Position numbers and translations under genes: made by a program. DNA of 64,000 nt from the human T2T-CHM13v2.0 reference genome, Homo sapiens: the NCBI RefSeq assembly GCF_009914755.1, contig NC_060933.1, one strand, 5' to 3'. Of this stretch, positions 28,310 through 40,320 are shown piece by piece (position 1 is the first letter of the stretch; each line of letters begins with the position of its first letter). The notes under the pieces were generated by a model that was not told the origin of the DNA, did no database searches, and saw nothing but the letters and a program-made list of their open reading frames with translations.

Positions 28310-30352
28310 TGGATTGAACGGCCCCAGTTCAGAAATTCCCAGTTACACTGTTTTAGGGCTGAACTTGTTTCTTAAAAGGCAGTTCTAATTAGAGTGACAT
28401 TTTGTCCACTGTGGTTCTTAGTTATGAAAATAATGAGCTATGAAATTCCAATTTATTGTTGACAACTTAAACGGTCAGGCACCGGAGCGGCGCGTAACTT
28501 CCGAGTGCCACTCTACCTAGTGACAAATCTATTCCGGCTGCCGGCTGGTCTCGGAAGCATCCCTGTCCCCCTCAATCTCCATGGGAGATTTGGAGGCTCC
28601 AGAGCACCAGAACATGAGGACCACATGTTTGGATGTCCCCTCTGAAAAAGGCTCAGTATCTTGCCCTGAGATTTCAAACAGCGAGCAAAATGTCGGCTCA
28701 GCAAAGATGTCTCAGCAAAAACAAAGAAAGGGCCTTCTTTCTCTCTCCCTCTCTCTCGGTACAATGAAGAGGCTCCACAAAAAGATATCTAGGAGCCTTT
28801 TGGTTCTAGAAGTCTGATGCTGAGATAGTCTAAAGTATTGTGCTCTCTCTCTCTTTCTCCTGTCTTGTCATTTATCTATCTCTTTCTATTTCTCTGCCTT
28901 TTTAAAATCACTCTCTTTTCTCTTTGTCTTCTTTTTCTCTTTTTCTTTTCTCTATCTCTCTGTCTTCGACTTTTCTTCTCTCGCTCCCATCCGCCTGCCT
29001 AAAACAACCACCTAACAAGAAAATCATGTTAATGTCCTGCAATCACCCCCTATCTCTGGGGTTCATTTGCTGAGTGCTAAACAGGAGTGAAGCCCACAGC
29101 CCCCACAGCTCAGGTAACCTGCACTGGGCTGGAGGATGCGGAATGAACCCTGGGATCAAGGTCCCCAAAGGAGCTGCCAGACCCCTGGTCCTAAAATTTC
29201 TTCCCTTGGCCTCAAACAAGCAGCCTCCCCAAGGTTATTAGAAGCTGTTGCTCCTTCCATCTGAGAGAATTTCTTGAATTCCAGCAGATGAAAGGGAAGG
29301 AGCCAGGAGAAAGTCAGAATGTCACTGACATACTTCAAAATATTTACCTCCTATTCAGGTGTCTGTGCTCAAACCATAATGCAAACTACAGGACAAAGGT
29401 TGTTTTCTGACCCGGGAAAAGAAATAGTGAGAAAGCACTGAACAGCTAAACCCAAGAAAGCTCCTGCCTGCCAGGGCAGACCTAAAACAAGATCACATGC
29501 CCAGAAACAAACCTGTGGCTTTGTTTTGGGGCTATGGTGAGACCCAGATGGTCTAGGGGTCCTTTAGGCGTCATTGCAACCCGGGTACTGCCTGGCTAGA
29601 TAAACCTGTGTCAGTCACTTTGCCTGTCTAGGTTTGTTTTCTCATCTTAAAACGTGCTTCATTGGATCATGCGGAGGCTACTGAGAAAATAAACGGGAGT
29701 GCTAAAAGGCTGCACGGTCCTATGGGAGAAGCCTCATTGTTAGTATTTTGTTTGCAGCAAATCGCCAGGTCAAGTGGCAACTTTCAAATGTCATATTTGA
29801 AAGTTGGTGTTTGGGTTTTTTTTTTTTCCTCTTCTCTAATTTAATATATACTTTGGATGCTTGTCACTGCGATGGAAATAAAAACATAGAGAAGGAAAAT
29901 ACTGCAGCCCAACATAACAAGGTTGATAATAACCCAAAACTGAAAATAACAGCTGACTTTTAAAAGTGGAATATGCTTCCAAAAACATTAAAATGAAACA
30001 TTGAACTCTGGTTATGTGATATTAAGTCCTACGCGGGGACCCAGGCTCACCTAGGATATATAAGGGAAATTCCCAAGAACGTCTTACTCTTGAGTTCTTT
30101 AGAACAATTCACCAGGCTTTCAGAAAACATGTCTTCCCTCCTGACTAAGTCACCCTATTCCACATGTCACTAGAGACAGGGGTTTCCAAGGGCTACTTGG
30201 AATTGGGGCTTTGCAGACTTTAAAGTGCTCTGCGTGTGAAACAAAATGCCACCATGATTCTCACTATGATACTGTCATATTGGACAGCTGCTGGGTCATG
30301 TTTTAGGTCTTTATTTGAAAGATCAAGGGAAGCCTCGAGCTACTGCCTTTAC

Positions 30353-30518
30353 CTGCCAAGAATTTTGCTGACACAACCATGGCTGACCCGAAGCTGCCTG
30401 GAGATGTCGCAGGGCCTGACACCTTGATGAGCAAGTTCCACTATCCTCTGGCGGACTACATCCGGGAGTGGCCGTCCATTCACAAAAACCCCCCCAAGCT
30501 GATTCACTCCTCCATGTC
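30353..30518 (-). CDS. PAX5: PAX5 exon 2 (paired domain, N-terminal part: [55 protein letters not shown])
   Basis: Acceptor TTTCAG|GA, donor CAG|GTAAAG; 166 nt; canonical paired-box translation. Confidence 0.98.
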
Positions 30519-33500
30519 CTGAAACAGATCAGAAACAAAAGGAAAGGGAAAGGGTAGTTAGAACCAGTCACATAGGAGAAGCACCGCTGTGAGGACCCAG
30601 AGCCCCTCTGATCACAAATGGCCGGCAGGCTGGATGTCTCGCGCCTGGAGTCCAATCGTGCAAACTACACGAAGTCCCCAGATTGCTTTTTAAAATTAAT
30701 CTTAGCCTTGGTCCATCTGCAGCCAGTCTGTTGAGCTATTGACAGCAAACATCCCCATACTATTATTAGCATTTTCCCCGTAATTTTTCTAAACAATGAA
30801 ATGTGTGAAGATCTCAATGTAAACGAAATGGGCACAACTTATTATGTGATGCTGAGGTCTAAGGAAGATCCTGGGGAGAAAATATGCATTAAAATACATC
30901 ATATTTAAAGAGGAAAAAAATAAAACTCGTTTCCTTTTAACAAATGTCTTTAAAAGTGAAAAGAACAACTCCAATAAACTTATATCTCAGGGAATTTTGT
31001 TTTTAATCAGCAATCTAATTCAAGGGCTAAGGAATTTTTTAAAAATTTAACAGCACCTGCAGAGTACTGAGAAAAAAAAACAACCATTGCCTTGTTTAAA
31101 ACCCTCCCTTTAAGAAGGTGAGGTTGACATGCAGACTTGACCACTGTACCTTCTCAAAGCACACAAAAGAAATGGGTCATAGCATCTTCTACACACAGCA
31201 CATTCCACTCCACTGCACGGGGATTTGTTATAAAGGAGTTTCCCTGGAATTTTTACAATGTTTTGCAATTGACATATAGCTTTATTTTGGTCCAGGGAAA
31301 ATAAAGAAACCTACAAAAGCCTCTGGATCCCAGGTTTTACAAGGGTCCTGGGATAGATTTTAAGTAAAAGGAGCCCGAGAAAGTGCCTCCTCCACCCTTC
31401 TCTTACATCAAGGTCCATCTGGAAGGACACAAGGACTCAAGTAAATGAAGAGCCAAACCAGTAAACACAGAGTGATCCGATGCAGCAACATCATTGACCT
31501 TATAGCTGTTAATTAGTCACTCACTGACGTTGCTGAAGACTGGAGCCCAAAGCCAAGTCAAAGCATTTATTGATGTTGCTGGCAGCTCAGAGGCAAAGGA
31601 AGGGGAAACTCCTCCTGAACCAAGACTGGACTAGGACTGGACCGTACAAGGGAAAGACCTCAAAGGTCTCACACACATATATACTCAACTCTAAAATATG
31701 AAATAGCCACCTCATCTCAGCTATTTCTCCCCAGTACTAAACTACAACCCAGGTTCATGAACCTCATCTGAAATAAAGGGAGCAAAAACCCCCATAATAT
31801 AATGTATTTCCTAAAAACTGTCCAAGCAATCCACTCAAGTTTCCCATGAATATTTCCCAAAAACGTCCAGGCTCAGGCTTATTTCAAGGAAAAACACAAT
31901 TTTATAGATAACTGAAGTACTTAGTTGCAGTTCTAAGCTGGATTTCTGATTTTCAAAATGATCTTTATTCAGTTTTGATTGTTCTAAAAGACATAAGAAA
32001 AAGGAAAACCATTCCAAATAGGATTTTGCAGTTAGAAACATAATTGCATAGTTTTTCTAAAACAGAAAGACTGCAGCCACCCTGGCCAAGAGCCTTCAGA
32101 AGGCTTTGTTCTGGGGCTGGGAACACCTATTTAAAAAGGTTGTACAGATCTTTCAAGAGCAGGCTGGATTTAAGTAAAAGAAAATAAATTCAAAATTGGT
32201 ATAAGCTCATCTGGGAAAACAAAGGGCAGGCAAAGGAAGCTTAAACACCCAGCACACTTTTGATATGACCTGGGAGTCCAGGTATTATGGTCCATCTGCA
32301 ATAGCCTGTTCTCTATGTCACTGACAATTGAGACTTTCTGCCCAAAACACAGTGGCAACCTTCAGAGGACTTAAATTCCAAAAGCAGTCCTGCAGGACAT
32401 TTATGAGCACTGGGGGCTGTTTTGTATCATGGGAAAACCCTAAAGGTCTCCTAGAGCCAGGTCTCTCAAGGTGAGAGCAGGTCCCCAAACCCTCTACCCT
32501 TGACCACATAGGCTGAGATAGTAATGCTCTTTCACAATCTCATCTATAGGTCCACAGCTGACAACAGACTTGGGGTGACCTGGGAGCCTGTTACCTTCCT
32601 CAACTTCCTTGAAAGGTCCCCAAGACCCCTTGGCCTTCTCCACCATCACAATCCTACCCAATAGAGCTCTTAGAGGGTGGTGGTGAGAAGGTTTACAACT
32701 ATGGTGTGAGGAAGGTCACTTACTCTGGAATTGGTAAGAAGTGAAGTCCAAAGTCTGAATGAGGCGAGGCAGGACAGGGAAAGAAAAGAGGAAAAAAGAG
32801 GTGTGTTAAGAGAAGTGTAAAGAGTGGGAACTGAATGAGACAGACAACCAGGAGAGAGAGAGCCTGGAAAGGAAGCAGCAGGTTAGGCAGGCAGAGGAGA
32901 GGGAAAAGGAATGGAGAAGCTAGAATAGGCCAAGAAAAGAAAGACGAAGGTGGCACACAACGGGAGGCAATAAGAAGAGAAAATGGAGGAAGCCCAGGAA
33001 GGGGCTTCTGGAGGACAGGGGACTTCTCTAGACAGAGGACCTTTGTTTTCTGGGGTGCCAGCTCTGGCCCTGCATCTTCTTGGAGAACCCAAGTCCCAGC
33101 CTGTACTTCCTATGGACTCCAGTTAGGTGAGGACTCATCCCGTGAAAGGGGGACTGACACAGAGACAGAGGCAAACAAATCAGGTGAAGACCAGGAAACA
33201 GACCCACAGATACAAGAAAAAGACAGACCACAGGACAGGGCAGACTGGGCAGTGTTTGGAGGGGAGTGAGGAGAGAAAGACTGAATTGCAGAGGCCCCTG
33301 AGGCCTTTGTGACTCTGGTATGGAAAGGGCTGGCCTCCACAGATGCTCCTCAGGCCCTGATAAGGTCATGCTACCCACCACAGGCCCTCCCAATACCCCC
33401 AAAGACCATGGCTGAGCATAGGATTTTGGGGAAAGGGTCTTTGCTGACTCAGCCACAGATTGAGCTCCAGGACCCCCACAAGATCATTAAAATTTTTCCT

Positions 33501-36249
33501 AGATGCACCAGAAAGAATGAAGGGGTACACAGACAGGCAAACAGGGGCACAGGGAAAGGGCAGGGAAGAAGTCTCCCTAATGGTATTGATACATGTGGAG
33601 AGTCAGGCAGTAGACATATACATGGTTAGACTAGACAGAGAGAGAGCTTTGCATATGTGTATACCCACTGCCCTCTCTCTGGAATCTGAGTCCCTCCCTC
33701 TCCCCTTCTGTGAACCCTCTGAAGCTTCATTTTAATGCCTTTGTCAGATGGTCAGGGAGACCCAAGAACCAGCTCCAGCTGTGCCAATGTGAACTTCTTG
33801 AGTCAGTCCTTTTGTCTCTCTGACCTCAATATCATATTCTGCAAAATGGGTGAAGCTGAAGGTTTAGGCCACCGTCAGGTAGGACCCTGGCTATGAGTGT
33901 TTTATAACTGGTAAAGATACCTAGGGGAACCGCTCAGGAAGAGAGCAGGAGGTTATCGTGCTGATGAAAATGATGAGCCTGGAATAGTGGGTGGGGACTC
34001 CTCCAAACTCAGAAGCCCATTTCCTGGAAGTCCCTGCTCCTCTCCAAAGAAGCTATCCGGCTCTGAAGCAGTGGTGGGGGGAAGCAGTGGTAGGGGGACG
34101 GAGGCAGGGAGCGGTAACAGGAAGAAGAAACTGACTGGGCCAGGAGGAAGGTGACGAAGTGGGACTTGATCTGAGCCTCTACTACCTCAGCCACCTTCCA
34201 GGATCTACTGTACCCCCCACTCCCCATTGCTAGCAAGTTGGGGCCCCAGAGCAGGCCTACATTGTGCAAGAAAACAGCTTTGGGCCTCAGAACCGAGAGT
34301 GCTTCCAGAGAAGCCAAGGTCTTGCACCTGCTCTGGAAGCTAGACTGGCTGGGGCCCAGCCCCCACTGTGCTGCCAGGGAGATTGAAAATGGGAGGGAGC
34401 ACTTCCCACGGAGGGGGCGATTGAAGGCCGGACAAGGAGGCACAGACATTAGCGGTTGGCTAACCTGCACCTGAAAGAAGCCGCCTTCTCCACACTGATG
34501 CTCAGCCGAGAGACCACCAGGTCTGATGCTATCTCCCCAAGGGCTAGGGCACAACCTCTGGGCCACCGAGCGCTGGGCGGAAGGACACAGTGAGGGCCTG
34601 TGGATTTCCACCAGTGAGGAGAGAAGTGCAGGGGCTGGTGCTCCCCATCTGTCCCCACAGTTGCTCCTTGGCTGAGCCAAGGGCTTGCTCACCTCTCAGA
34701 GCATTGCCCTAACTGGTTTGTTTTGGGCTTACATTGCAAGATCAGGTCCTCCCCAGAGCCAGGCTGGAGTCCGAGGCAGAAAAGGCTGTGGAGGGCACTG
34801 GGGTCACCACAGACTGGAAACCGGTTGGGCGCAGGCCCCAAACCTTGAGGAATCGTTTGGGCTGGGACCAGAACAGGGGGCTCCTCTGCACAGAGCTCCC
34901 CACCGCTTTGGTGGATTACTTCAGACTCAGAAAATTGACACAAAGAGAAACTGACCTGCCCGCAGCCAGCCCTGGCTGCCTACACAAGCTTTCCCCTGCT
35001 TGCCAGGCCACTCAGCACTGCGTGGCAGACACGGACATGCTCGCCCCGGGAAGCTCACCTTCACTCCAGCCGGGTCTCTGCTGCCTTTGTTAAATAGGGG
35101 ACCTGCGGCTAGGAAAGCTGGATCCCAGGCTGTTGGGATGGGGGGGAGCGGGGTGGGAGGACCAGGCATGGGGACGGCTCCTAGCCCGGGAGCAACTCCC
35201 TGACCTGAAGCCCGCAGAGACCCCGAGCGGCACCCGAGCCGAGGCTGCCGAAGCCTGTCACCTTCCTCCAGCCTGGCTCTGCAGCAAACAGAAAGGAAAC
35301 GCGATTCGTTCCACTTGGAATTTCCTTGAAATCTCCGAATCTAATCCGGCGTTAACTCACCGTGAGAGGAGCGCTCATCTCACAGGAGGCTGTGGTAATG
35401 GGTGAATTGGCAGGATCCCTGCGGGCCAGGCAGCCAGGCCGGCCTTGCCCTCGCCCTAAATGACCCTTCCCGTCTCCTACACACGCTGCGTCTTTCAGAG
35501 GCGGGGGTGCCTGCGTGGTAACTAATTGGCTTCCTCTTTCTTTCTTTCTTTTTCGTTTCTTATCCTCTTTTTTTAAAGGGGAGAAGCCATGAGAAAAGGC
35601 GTCCTGCAGAGAAGGACCCAATGGGGTCTTTAAGGGTCTCTGTATGAACTGGCCGGCTCCTAAGCAGAAGCTGAACTCAGAAACCGCTACTTCCTTGATT
35701 TTTCAAAGCCCCCTCCTCAACTCCAGGACGCCTTTGGAGCCCTAGCCCCGGTGTCCTCGCTTAGCTCTCAACCTCTTCCTCCACACATACAGACACGGGT
35801 CAGGGCCCCACTATCCCTCCAAGCGCCAGTCTGGATCAGCCCCATGGCTGAAAAAGGCGCCATCGGAGTAGGGGTGTGGGGCGCTGTCTGAGACTCTGAC
35901 TGGCCTCTCCCTACAACTTACTGCCCTCCAACTGGCCTGGCCCGGAGCCCTCTACGGGTCCAAGCCAGGGTTCTCCGAAAGAGCTGAAATGTCGCCGCCG
36001 GAGCCTTGAAAGGCTGCAGCTCGCTGCCCAAGCTACGCGTTGCCGGAGGCGGGATTCCCAGGTGCCTCAGCCCGGGCGGCCAAGTGCGTTGTTTCAGGTC
36101 CCCTGCCTGGGATCCCTGCACTTTGCAAAGTTAGCTGCGCGGCTGCAGAGGTCCGAGATCCTTCCGGCCTTAGTACCTGACCCACGGTCCGGCACCCCCA
36201 ACCCGGTCCCGGCGGGAGAGTGAGAGAAGCGAGCTCGCCGCCTACTTAC

Positions 36250-36292
36250 TATGCATGGATGCAAACGGGTCGTGCTTACAGTGTATTTCCAT
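36250..36292 (-). CDS. PAX5: PAX5 alternative exon 1B, coding part (MEIHCKHDPFASMH + 1 nt)
   Basis: ATG GAA ATA CAC TGT AAG CAC GAC CCG TTT GCA TCC ATG CAT A|GTAAGT; 43 nt, phase 1 like exon 1A; resembles the PAX2 N-terminus MDMHCKADPFSAMH. Missing from the ORF track because it is too short. Confidence 0.95.
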
Positions 36293-37448
36293 CGGGGCGC
36301 TCCAGACTGCAGGCCGGCCCACGCCGCCGCCTCCCGGCGCCAAGGGGCTGCCCAGGGCGGATAGGGAGCCTCGCCACCAGGCCAGGCACTGTGCGAGCTG
36401 GGCTCAGAAAACACTGCTGGAGCTTCGGGGTCTCTCTCAGAGCCTCCCTGCTGGAGACCGCCCGGAGCTGCGCGGAGAGGCGGGAAATGGTGCTAGCGCA
36501 CCCGGGCTAGGAGCGGGTGCCCAACTCCGGCTGGCTTCCCTCCCTGGCTGGCTCAAGCAGCAGCTCCGGGCCCAGCCCGGGGTAGCTGCGGCCAAGGCGC
36601 CCGCGGCTTCGGGGGCATAGCGTAGGGGCCCGCCTCCGGGACAGCCAGCAGCCCCCGGCCCCAGGAAGGAGCAGCTTTGAGGAGGCCGCCGGAACAATCG
36701 GCCCTTGACTTCACTCAGGGGGCGGAGAGACCCGGGGGCTGCCAGGCTGGTTCCGCGGCCTCGATGCTTCTGAGGTCCCTCCTCGACCCCTCGGTCTCCG
36801 CCAGATCCTTTCTTTCTCTGCTTCTCCGAGTCTCTGGGGCTCGGACTTGCCCCCTCCGCCTCTCTCCAACTGGCTCTCCGACGTCTCGGACGAAGTTGCA
36901 AAGAACTTCCTCTCCGGCAGCGCGGGGTCCTGGCGGGTTTGGAGATGCTTCCGCCCCTGACGCTGGGGCCGCGACTCCGGAGTCCCCGGGAGCGTGCAGC
37001 CCTCCAACACTGAGACCCGCTGCCTTCAAAGTTCCCGCGGCCCCCGCTGCTCGCCCATCGCTGGGACCAGGAACGGGGACACCAGCGACGGACTCTTCCT
37101 CGCCGGGGTGTCTACCTCGTGCCAACCAACTCTTCGAGCCCCGCCGCCCTCCCTCGTGGGTCTGATTCCACTGTCTTTCCGCTGCCTCTTCCGGGACGGC
37201 CGCCGTGCCTGCCCCAGGCGTGGAGTGAGGAACAGAGGAGAGAGCAGAGGGTCCCAGCCACCAAGGCCGCCGGGGCTGCCGGGGCTGAGATGGAGCCGCA
37301 GTCGGCTCTGACTGCCTGCGTTGCCGCCGCCGCCGCCGTCGCTAGCCCTCCGCCTGCTCGGCGCGCACAGTGCGCCACCGCGCCGCCCCGGAGCCGCTTT
37401 CAGGACCCGCTGCGTGTGGACAGCGCCGCCCGGGGCTCAGCTCCCTCC

Positions 37449-37575
37449 GGGCGGGGGCGGGGCGGGGGCTAACCTGCCAATCACGCTCCACCAAGCCAAT
37501 CAGAGTGGCGTCAGCCGGCCCTGGCCCGAAACACCGCCCCATTGGCTAAGCAGCCCACAGGCTCCGCCTGATTAG
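37449..37575 (-). promoter_or_regulatory. Candidate TATA-less PAX5 1B promoter (GC boxes and CCAAT boxes)
   Basis: Overlapping GGGCGG boxes at 37449-37468, CCAAT at 37477 and 37496, ATTGG at 37541, inside a CpG island upstream of exon 1B; no TATA seen. Confidence 0.7.
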
Positions 37576-39079
37576 CGGACACCTGGGCAATGGGAGAGAA
37601 TGGGGGGCGGGGCCCAGGCGGCGGCGCCACGTTCATTGACAAACGCGCTGGACTAAGGCCTAGTGGATCGCGGCTGTGGGGAGGGGAAAGGGGCCCACGC
37701 AGTGCCTGGAGAGTCCCGCTGCGGGTCCCACGCGGGCTGGACCTCCCCACAGCGATGCTGGGATCCTGGGACGCTCTCAAGGCTTGAGAGCAGTCGATTG
37801 AAGGGTGAGAATGGGGGAAGTCTCCAAAAAAACCAAAAAACAAAAAATGTATGTTGGAGGAAGACAAGGAGCGCAGTAGGGATCCTGTACCATCAGGCTC
37901 GTGATGGGATCGGATTGTGTGCATCGGAGTGTGTGCATATCTGCCAGTTCTGACCTCACTTTCCTCTTCTGTAAAATGGGCAGAGTGGGGTTAACTAGAT
38001 TTTACTGAAGGCTCCTTCCACGGAAATATTTCCTAATTTTATTTCCTAATTTTATCAAGTACCTACTAAACCACCACTGGCTCCTCGTCGTCCACCCTCC
38101 TCCCTCACTCCACCTGCAGGGCCCTCATTGCTGCATTAACGAAAGGCAGAGACGTTGGGGGAAGGGGGAGAATATCTCACACTCCTTTAAAGTTAGTAAC
38201 TGGGGCGCACCAGGGCGCACCTGGGTGGAGGGGCTAAGGCTTTGGGCCAGGTTGCCCAAGCAGAGTGGCTGGCCCTCTTTCCTGCCTCAGATCAGGAACT
38301 GCCAGAGGCTTTGGGAGCTGGTGTTGCGCTTCTGTCCACCGGAGAAATTCCGCACCCGGCTCAAGGCTTCTTGAGAACCGAATGAGCCAAGTCGCGTCCA
38401 GGGCTAATAAGGGTCCCTGAAGCGGGCGGGTGGACAGGCGCATTCTATCTGCAAGGGTCAAGCAAAGCGGCCAGGCGCGCTGCAATGCGGCAGCTTCCAG
38501 TTGATGGGAAACTGACCTTCCCTCTACAGGGGAAGTTCCTGTCCCTATGTAGACAAAATGGATGGATTTGTAGCAGAACTCTCTTGCTACACAAGGGATC
38601 TTTGACTAGCGAGTCCGCTTCTTTGTGGGTTTTAAGGCTCTGAGACAACAATCAAAGAAACTGGACCTTGAAAAGGAAGCGTGTGACAGTCATTCTTCAC
38701 CCAAGAAGCTATAGTTCTGTGAGCCATCTGGGCCCTGGCTCAAGAACGACGCTGAGGATTCCCTTGCCCCAGCAACTCATGGGAGTGGTCCGAAGACTCA
38801 ATTTCTATTTCATGAGTGATGATCCGCTAATATTAAACATAAATCCACAAAACAAGGGCTTTGAGATGCCTGCTCCAGGACTGGGCTTGTAAGGAAGAGT
38901 ACAGGCTGATCATGAGAGGATTCCTGGGTTATCCTCTTGTTTTATTCTCTGCCTCGGTTTCCCTTCCTCTGCCTTCTCTCTACGCATGCTCTACTTCTCA
39001 AACTCCTACACTGGGGTCGACTCTTGGGCCCACCTTCTGTCCCTGTTCCACACCCAGCTGTCCCTGACCAGTAGACAAG

Positions 39080-40320
39080 TTTCCGGCGCTGACACCCGTC
39101 CCCACCCCCCACCAGGGCACAGCTGCGGAAAACGGCCCCAGGCGGGCCTCTGGGGACCCAGGAGGCTGCAGTGCGCGCCGGGGTGGAGTGGCGGCGTTAT
39201 CTCTTCTTTGTCTGGAACCCCGCCTGTCCGGATCTTCCCCTTTCACCCCCGGCCTTGGAGCAGGAAGATCGCAACAGCAGAGAGGGACTGGGATGGAATA
39301 GACTTCCTGCACTGGCTTCACCCGATGGCGCCCAGTGGGTCGGAAATAACCAGAATTCAGATCCTCGGCCCAGACTCAACATGGCGGCTTGCACACCTAC
39401 TGGAGAGGCGGGAGTGCGGGACGCCCTGAGGGATGCAGCCAGTGACACCCCCACCCCCAGCCTCTCTTGCTGAGCTCAGGCCTACAAACCCAGGTTCTCT
39501 AGATTCTTAGAGCTAAAAGGGCCTCGAAGCTATGCTTTCTCCATTTCACGGGTGCAGAACCCGAGGCCCAGAGGCAGGATACGACTTGTCCAAAGTCACA
39601 CAGCAAGTCTGGGGTAGAAGAAAGGCTGCGGGCTGGAAACCTTTCTCAAAAGCGCCTCTCCAGAGCCGCTCTCGGGATGGTGGGGGAGGGGCGATGCTGC
39701 CAAATCGAAGAACTCGGCTGGAATATGCCCGCACACGCAGGTTTTCCTTCGGATACCCGTGAGGCTTGCATAGAATCCCCGGGGCACGGCCCGAGCAGGA
39801 GTAGCGCCGATTCTCCCTTTCACACAGTAGGTGTTCGGCTTCGGGACAGTGTTCTGCTGCGTGGCACACACAGGACCCGTCTTACCTGTGCACCCAGAGC
39901 AGCCCCTTCCCGCAACTCTCGGCGTTCTTGGGGGAAGGAGTTTCCCTCTGGATAGGGGTGATTCATCACCGCCCGAGCGGGCGGCCTCTGGGAAGTTCCA
40001 ACCCCAAAAGGCGCGACCGGACCTCATACCGTGACCACCTAGCCCAGCCTTACAGGTCACCAAACGACAGCCCAGAGAGGTTACGTGACTAGCTCGAGGC
40101 TGCACAGCAAGTCCATGGTGGAGCCGGGCTACTGCGCCTCAGTCCTGTCTCTGAACGCCCACGAGCCGCAGCCTGGGTCCAGGAGAGCGAGACTAGCAGC
40201 TCTCACCGCGGCTCTCAACGCAGTCGGGCCTCACTCTGATCTACAGTGATGCGCTTTCTTTCTCCCAGTAACAGGGCTTTGGGCCGGGCCCTGTGCTAGG
40301 CGCTGGGGGCAGGAGACCGC
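39080..40320. promoter_or_regulatory. CpG-rich segment between promoters 1B and 1A
   Basis: Elevated CpG density by eye. Confidence 0.55.

Larger units (their letters stand above)
35930..37930. promoter_or_regulatory. CpG island covering exon 1B and its promoter
   Basis: Very high GC and CpG; (GCC)5 at 37323-37337; boundaries approximate. Confidence 0.85.

Noticed and set aside
34009-34692. 227-aa minus-strand ORF in intron 1
   Set aside because: Non-ATG start, no homology or splice support recognised.
36437-37575. Multiple 100-160 aa ORFs on both strands
   Set aside because: GC-rich exon 1B leader and promoter; expected by composition.
38027-38052. 13-bp tandem duplication TATTTCCTAATTT
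   Set aside because: Ordinary slippage event with no evident consequence.
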